DNA from: an uncultured Pseudobdellovibrionaceae bacterium
GTDB taxonomy: Bacteria > Bdellovibrionota > FAC87 > UBA2466
DNA length: 64,000 bases
Reading direction: 5' to 3'
NCBI GenBank assembly: GCA_964492125.1
Contig: CAZBJE010000005.1
Coordinates: 8,964 to 72,963, forward strand
Shown here: piece after piece, positions 58,821 through 64,000 of the stretch
Numbering within the stretch: the stretch's first letter is position 1
How the letters are laid out: the number at the start of each line of letters is the position of its first letter
The notes under the pieces: generated by a model
The model's input: only the letters and a program-made list of their open reading frames with translations
What the model was told of the DNA's origin: nothing
Databases searched by the model: none
Translations under genes and position numbers: made by a program

Positions 58821-59397
58821 AAACTTGAAACAGCCCGCGCCCCAACCCCGGCTAATCGTCATATCGGCGCCGAGTGGGGCTGGCAAAACGACCCTCTGTG
58901 GTCGGTTGATGCACGACAAGCCCCAGTTCAAGCTCTCTGTGTCGACCACCACCCGAGCCATTCGGCCCGGAGAAGAGAACGAAAAGCACTACTACTTTGT
59001 CTCCCAAAACCAGTTCCAAGAAAAAATCGATCGCGGCGATTTCGTGGAATGGGCCGAAGTGCACGGCAACCGTTACGGCACAGACCGCTTGGTGATCGAC
59101 CGGGCTTTGGCCAAGGGCAAGCATGTGGTTTTCGCCATCGACGTCCAAGGCGCCATGAGCTTGCAAAAGGAATACAGCAACCGGACTCTACTGATATTTA
59201 TCGAGCCACCCTCCTTAGAGATCCTCGAAGAACGGCTACGGAACCGGCAAGAGGGCGCTCAGTCTATTGAAACGCGGCTGCGCAACGCCTATGATGAGCT
59301 CAAATGGAGCCCGAAGTTCGACTACCGGATCGTCAACGACGATCTCGAAAGAGCCTATCGGCAGCTGCGGGAGATAGTGGAAAGAGAGTGTCTGTGA
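58810..59397 (+). CDS. gmk: Guanylate kinase
   Basis: 195 aa with P-loop SAPSGAGKTT and a GMP-binding region. Confidence 0.9.
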   Translation: MSRENLKQPAPQPRLIVISAPSGAGKTTLCGRLMHDKPQFKLSVSTTTRAIRPGEENEKHYYFVSQNQFQEKIDRGDFVEWAEVHGNRYGTDRLVIDRALAKGKHVVFAIDVQGAMSLQKEYSNRTLLIFIEPPSLEILEERLRNRQEGAQSIETRLRNAYDELKWSPKFDYRIVNDDLERAYRQLREIVERECL

Positions 59398-61586
59398 GCC
59401 GCAAACAGGTTCATCATGACCCTTCGACCGAGCCCGGAATCGACGATCTCCTCCTGCGCGTGAGCCAGGCCAACCCCAAGGCGGACGTCAGTCTGATCCG
59501 CCACGCCTACGAGTTTTCGAAATCGCTGCACACCGGCCAAAAACGCTCCAGCGGTGAGCCCTATATTCTTCACCCGATCGAAGTCGCTACCATTTTGGCG
59601 GAGTACCAACTCGATACGGTCACCATCGCTACCGGATTACTGCACGACACGGTCGAGGACACCGCCACCACCGTCGAAGAAATCCACAAGAAGTTTGGCC
59701 CCGAAATCGCTGGCTTAGTGGACGGGCTTACCAAAATCAGCAAAATTACTTTCCATACGAGCGAAGAAAAACAGGCGGAGAACTTTCGCAAAATGATCCT
59801 GGCAATGGCCAAGGATATCCGCGTGATTCTGGTAAAGCTCGCCGACAGATTGCACAATATGCGCACTTTACAGCACTTGCCGCCCGAAAAGCAGGTGCAG
59901 ATTGCCGCAGAGACACTCGATATTTATAGTCCCATTGCCAACCGTTTGGGTTTGTCCGAACTAAAACGCGAACTCGAAGATCTGGGCCTGCGATTCACCA
60001 AGCCGGAGGTCTATTACAAGCTCTCCGCCTCGGTAGCCAAAAAAATGAAAGAGCGCGAGAACTACACCGCGCGCGTGCAGCAGATTATCGAAAAGGCGCT
60101 GGCCGACCACGGCCAAAGCACCCCTAACGTCTCCGGCCGGCCGAAGCATTTCTACAGCATCCACAAGAAGATGGAGGCAGGTAACCTCCCCTACGAGCAG
60201 GTTTTCGACATCACCGGTTTCCGGATCATCGTTGCCAGTGTGGAACAATGCTACGGCGCGCTGGGTATCGTGCATTCGCTTTGGACACCCATTCCGGGTC
60301 GCTTCAAAGACTATATCGCGATGCCCAAGGAAAACTTTTATCAGAGCTTGCACACCACGGTGGTCGGCCCCGACGGCGAACGAATCGAAATCCAAATCCG
60401 AACTCAGGAAATGAACGACACCGCCGAGCGCGGGATCGCCGCTCACTGGCTCTACAAAGAATCAGGGCTTTCGGCTCAGGACAAAAAAACATTTGCATGG
60501 CTCAATCGCCTGATGGAATGGAACCGGGACCTGCCGGACGCTTCCGAATTTTTGGAGTCGGTGAAACTCGATCTTTTTTCAGACGAAGTTTATATCTTCA
60601 CGCCCAACGGTAAGCTGCTCTCGTTTCCCACAGGGGTCACCCCGCTCGATTTTGCGTATGCCATCCACACCGACTTAGGCCACCGCTGCATCGGCGCCAA
60701 GGTCGATTCGCGACTAGTCCCGTTGAAACACAAGCTCAAGAGCGGCGACACGGTGGAGATTCTCACGTCTCCCACCCAACGGCCCAATAAAGACTGGCTC
60801 AAAATCGTCCACACCTCCCGTGCCAAGAATAAAATCCGCCAATACATAAAGGTGGAAGAATACGAAAAGTCCAAAGCGCTCGGCGAAACCATGCTCGATC
60901 GCGAACTGAAGCGTTACAAAGTAACCACCAAAAGCATCGTCAAAGACGGCTCTTTGCAAAAAATTGCGGATAACTTTGGATTAAATACCACCAATGATCT
61001 TTTGAGTGCGGTGGGCTACGGCAAACTTTCTGTGGCCAAAGTAGTGACCAAAGTAGCCCCTCAAGGCACTACCGAGGCCAAAGAGTCTGGGCCGCTGCAA
61101 AAGATTTTCGAGTCCGCCACCAGTAAAATCACCAAGAGCCGCACGGCGATTACCGTCAAAGGGGTGGAAGATATCCTGGTGCGTTTTGCCCGCTGCTGCA
61201 ACCCGGTTCCGGGTGATTCTGTCATCGGTTTCATTACCCGCGGCCGTGGGATCAGCGTGCACGCGCGCAAGTGCCCTAAGATTTTCGACTCGGATCCACA
61301 CCGCCTGGTGGAAATAGAGTGGGATCACTCTAAGCAAGATAAGCGCGAAGTGAAGATCCGGGTGGTATGCGAAGACCGCCCTGGCCTGCTGGCCGACATG
61401 AGCAAAGTGATCGTGGATCAGAAAGTGAACATCGCTCGAGCTCAAATCGGTACGACCAAGGACAAAAAGGCGGTCTGTCTTTTTTCCATCAGCATCGGCG
61501 ATCTCAGTCACTTGCGCAAAATCATCTCGACGCTGGAAGGTGTGCCTGGCGTGATCACAGTCACTCGAGTGCAGCGGACCCATTAA
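59394..61586 (+). CDS. Bifunctional (p)ppGpp synthetase/hydrolase, RelA/SpoT family
   Basis: A GTG start at 59394 overlaps the gmk stop (tGTGa). It has an HD hydrolase domain (HPIEVATILAEY...HDTVEDT), a synthetase domain (RFKDYIAMPKENFYQSLHTTV), and TGS and ACT C-terminal domains. The ORF-track ATG at 59304 would overlap gmk by 94 nt. Confidence 0.85.
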   Translation: MSRKQVHHDPSTEPGIDDLLLRVSQANPKADVSLIRHAYEFSKSLHTGQKRSSGEPYILHPIEVATILAEYQLDTVTIATGLLHDTVEDTATTVEEIHKKFGPEIAGLVDGLTKISKITFHTSEEKQAENFRKMILAMAKDIRVILVKLADRLHNMRTLQHLPPEKQVQIAAETLDIYSPIANRLGLSELKRELEDLGLRFTKPEVYYKLSASVAKKMKERENYTARVQQIIEKALADHGQSTPNVSGRPKHFYSIHKKMEAGNLPYEQVFDITGFRIIVASVEQCYGALGIVHSLWTPIPGRFKDYIAMPKENFYQSLHTTVVGPDGERIEIQIRTQEMNDTAERGIAAHWLYKESGLSAQDKKTFAWLNRLMEWNRDLPDASEFLESVKLDLFSDEVYIFTPNGKLLSFPTGVTPLDFAYAIHTDLGHRCIGAKVDSRLVPLKHKLKSGDTVEILTSPTQRPNKDWLKIVHTSRAKNKIRQYIKVEEYEKSKALGETMLDRELKRYKVTTKSIVKDGSLQKIADNFGLNTTNDLLSAVGYGKLSVAKVVTKVAPQGTTEAKESGPLQKIFESATSKITKSRTAITVKGVEDILVRFARCCNPVPGDSVIGFITRGRGISVHARKCPKIFDSDPHRLVEIEWDHSKQDKREVKIRVVCEDRPGLLADMSKVIVDQKVNIARAQIGTTKDKKAVCLFSISIGDLSHLRKIISTLEGVPGVITVTRVQRTH

Positions 61587-61592
61587 CCCCAA

Positions 61593-62261
61593 TTAGGGCC
61601 GCGGGTTGTAACCCGGCAGGTTTGCGGCGGCTGGCGTTCTCGCCAGTTGCGTCGCGGTAGACACAGCCTTTTTGAAATCGTGATCGGTGCGGCCCACATC
61701 CACGCGGGTGCGGAAGAATTCCGCCCACTCGAATTCGGCGTACAGCGAGCGGGTTTTCAGATACCCACCCTGCTTGCGGACAAAGTAGGCCAGGCTGCGG
61801 TACGGATCGTCTTTCAAATCTTTCAAACGGGTCGGCAAGTCTTCCACTCTTCTGCTTTTGCCTAGTTCGTCACGCAAATAGACAAAACGGTTCTTCTGCA
61901 TTTGGACCCAAAAAACAGCGGTTTCTTCTTCGGACCAGTCGTGCCGGATTTCCACGTAAGCGTCGCGCCGCTTTTCCAAAACAATCGCTAGACCCAAGTG
62001 GTGGTGGTCTAGAACATAAGCCTCCCCGCCCGGCCCAAGCACGACCGGAATCGGGTTACCACACAGAAATTTTTCAATTTTCTTTTCGCTGCCATCTAGT
62101 TCTTCGCGCTTGGAATCCACTTCGCGAAAGCCCACGGCAAGCTGGGTCGGGTGTAGGTTACGAACATCCCACTTTTTTAAGCTTTTGTCGGCGCAGGCGC
62201 CCCAGCTAGCGCTGCTAAAGAGGGGCACTAAGAGCAGAGTCCAGAATCGATTGAACCGCAT
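61593..62261 (-). CDS. Putative secreted ParB-like nuclease domain protein (ParBc_2-like)
   Basis: The start is chosen at MRFNRFWTLLLVPLFSSASWGACA, which looks like a signal peptide. The LHPTQLAVGFREV motif is characteristic of ParB-like nuclease N-domains. ~222 aa. Confidence 0.5.
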   Translation of the reverse strand: MRFNRFWTLLLVPLFSSASWGACADKSLKKWDVRNLHPTQLAVGFREVDSKREELDGSEKKIEKFLCGNPIPVVLGPGGEAYVLDHHHLGLAIVLEKRRDAYVEIRHDWSEEETAVFWVQMQKNRFVYLRDELGKSRRVEDLPTRLKDLKDDPYRSLAYFVRKQGGYLKTRSLYAEFEWAEFFRTRVDVGRTDHDFKKAVSTATQLARTPAAANLPGYNPRP

Positions 62262-62318
62262 GCGGAAAGTCTGCCATCCCGCCATACATTGGCATAGCGC
62301 CATTGTTGGCTCATGGCG

Positions 62319-63266
62319 TCAGGCCTGTGGGACAGGCGCGCGGGCCACTCGCAATTCCTTCGGCAGACCGAAAATCACACTTTCCTCACGCACGGAACGG
62401 CTCTCTACTTCCGCATTAAATTCACGGCGCAGAAAATCGATACACCCTTGCACGACTTGTTCAGGCGCGCTGGCCCCGGCGGTAACCAAAACTGTGTCCG
62501 CGTCTTTCAACCAAGCGTGCTCAATCTGAGTCGCGGAATCGATGAGATAAGCGGGGCGCCCAACCAGCCGGGCCATCTCTGCCAGACGTTGGCTATTGGA
62601 ACTGTTTTGGCTGCCCAAAACCAGCACTACGTCGGCCTCTCCCGAGAGCAGCTTCACCGCCTCTTGGCGATTTTGCGTGGCATAACAAATATCGTCTCGT
62701 TTGGGACCCTCGATATGCGGGAATTTTTCCCGCAAGGCCGCGATGATCACTCGGGTATCGTCTACGCTAAGGGTGGTTTGGGTCAGAAAAGCCAGAGGGG
62801 TGCCGGGAGCAAACTCCAGGCGTTGCACGTCGGCGACATTTTCCACCAGCCGCATGGCGTGGGGAGCTTCGCCCATCGTCCCCAATACTTCGTCATGGCC
62901 CGCGTGGCCAATCAGCACAATGGTAAATCCGCGCGCCGCAAATTGTTTGGCTTCGGTATGGACCTTGGTAACCAAAGGACAGGTAGCGTCGATGGACCTC
63001 AGTTGGCCACTTTCCGATTTGCGGCGAATTTCTGGGGATACCCCGTGGGCGCTATAAAGCAGCAAAGAGCCCGCAGGAACTTCTTCCAGGGTCTCTACGA
63101 AGATGGCGCCCTTGGCGCGGAAGTCTTCCACCACATGACGGTTGTGCACAATTTCGTGATAAACATAGACGGGCGCGCCGAAAAGCTCCAGCGCGCGATC
63201 GAGGCTATCGACGGCCATATTCACGCCGGCGCAAAAGCCGCGTGGGTTTGCAAGAATGACTTTCAC
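62319..63266 (-). CDS. ispH: 4-hydroxy-3-methylbut-2-enyl diphosphate reductase
   Basis: 315 aa with N-terminus MKVILANPRGFCAGVNMAVD and conserved Cys ligands. Confidence 0.9.
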   Translation of the reverse strand: MKVILANPRGFCAGVNMAVDSLDRALELFGAPVYVYHEIVHNRHVVEDFRAKGAIFVETLEEVPAGSLLLYSAHGVSPEIRRKSESGQLRSIDATCPLVTKVHTEAKQFAARGFTIVLIGHAGHDEVLGTMGEAPHAMRLVENVADVQRLEFAPGTPLAFLTQTTLSVDDTRVIIAALREKFPHIEGPKRDDICYATQNRQEAVKLLSGEADVVLVLGSQNSSNSQRLAEMARLVGRPAYLIDSATQIEHAWLKDADTVLVTAGASAPEQVVQGCIDFLRREFNAEVESRSVREESVIFGLPKELRVARAPVPQA

Positions 63267-63305
63267 CCTATCCCCTTCTCAAAAGGAGCCTAGGATAGCA
63301 AGAGT

Positions 63306-64000
63306 TTAGCGGGTTTTGGTAGCGGAAGGACGGGTGCTCACAGCCACTTCGGAAGTTTGCTTGGCAGTGGTCTTAGCCACGTAGGCTCGCTGGACCTGTA
63401 AACTGCCCGGCAGAGACAGCAACCCTGCGGCCAGCAATTGCTTGCTGCCATTGAGCTTCATCGGACGGGCCCCTTCCAGAACCCAGTTCTTTACCTTGCG
63501 GTAATCGAAGTTGAGAGCGCCCATTTGAGCGGCAACCAAAGCGGCGGCTCCCGTTACAAACGCAGTCGCCTGCGAAGTACCCGACATGGTGCCAAATTTT
63601 CCGCCCGGCAAAGTCGAAAGGATCATCAAACCGGGAGCAGCTACGTGCACGCTCTTACCGAAGTTGGACGAAGGCAAAAGACGCTCGTACTTATTCACGG
63701 AAGCAACGCCAATCAAGTTATCAATCGGGTAGCTGGCCGGGTAGTAGGGACGTCGGTCGTTGTTGCGGCCATCATTCCCAGCGGCGGCAACAAATAAAAT
63801 TCCTTTGCGTTGAGCTTCGGCTACAGCAGCACGTTCACTCGCAGCCGGATCCGCTCCGCCACCGCTGTAGTTAATGATCTGGGCGCCATTGGCGACCGCG
63901 TACTCAATCGCTCGCACAGTGTTGGACAGGTTGTTGTAACCCGCACCGCCGTTGTCGTAATACTTCAAAGCCATCAGGGAAACAGCCGGGCAACCCCCTT
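63306..64000 (-). CDS. Subtilisin-like serine protease (S8 family); N-terminal part lies beyond window
   Basis: The C-terminal catalytic Ser region is GTSQATAFVTGAAALV (a GTSMAAP variant). The His region is HGTHVAG-like upstream. The open frame runs to the window edge. Confidence 0.7.
   Translation of the reverse strand, partial: GGCPAVSLMALKYYDNGGAGYNNLSNTVRAIEYAVANGAQIINYSGGGADPAASERAAVAEAQRKGILFVAAAGNDGRNNDRRPYYPASYPIDNLIGVASVNKYERLLPSSNFGKSVHVAAPGLMILSTLPGGKFGTMSGTSQATAFVTGAAALVAAQMGALNFDYRKVKNWVLEGARPMKLNGSKQLLAAGLLSLPGSLQVQRAYVAKTTAKQTSEVAVSTRPSATKTR

Noticed and set aside
60981-61592. 203-aa minus-strand ORF inside the relA/spoT gene
   Set aside because: It is antisense to a well-supported conserved gene.
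61603-61616. Hairpin CGGGTTgtAACCCG between relA and the ParB-like gene
   Set aside because: It lies inside the last codons of the ParB-like gene and is not followed by a T-run. It is not a convincing terminator.

Overview
This is a 64 kb chromosomal segment from a GC-rich Gram-negative bacterium. The evidence for Gram-negative origin is LptD, an Omp85-like barrel, about 15 ORFs with lipobox or Sec signal peptides, and a short 276-aa flagellin. That flagellin and the abundance of secreted low-complexity proteins resemble Bdellovibrio-like or deltaproteobacterial genomes, but this attribution is tentative. I identify about 60 genes on both strands. Most are housekeeping genes: ligA, pyrD, a thiolase, lptD, an rsmI-like gene, apbE, an IHF-like gene, an nlpD-like gene, surE, prfB, coaX, birA, flagellin, rpsT, tRNA-Leu(CAA), two acyl-CoA dehydrogenases, pgi, mutL, miaA, yicC, a DUF370 (RemA-like) gene, gmk, a relA/spoT-family gene and ispH. 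Both window edges cut genes: a GT2 glycosyltransferase at the 5' edge and a subtilase at the 3' edge. I see no CRISPR array, IS element, integrase or rRNA. The outstanding feature is an 8.9 kb gene (16561-25476) encoding a 2971-aa protein. It has a Sec-type signal peptide and, at residues ~610-1020, a colinear SF2 (DEAD/DEAH-like) helicase/ATPase motif set. It is flanked by roughly 600 and 1950 residues with no recognisable domain. It sits directly downstream of a patatin-like phospholipase and is followed by a convergent lipoprotein gene broken by an in-frame TAA. I regard it as a candidate exported effector or undescribed conflict protein. Other points worth a second look are listed here. 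A signal-peptide-bearing LOG/SLOG-fold protein with a novel ~480-aa N-terminal domain lies between surE and nlpD. Two translationally coupled paralogous secreted proteins share conserved Cys and NIFEYA motifs. A 29-aa Lys/Ala-rich mini-protein lies beside a bidirectional terminator. An IHF-alpha-like protein carries a poly-Asp tail. A secreted ParB-like nuclease domain protein is present. There is an FHA-GGDEF protein. The prfB +1 programmed frameshift is missed by the ORF track. A short motif (GGTTTAGACAG, with palindromic variants) recurs in two intergenic regions. No BLAST, HMM or GC computations were run, so all homology calls rest on motif recognition by eye.
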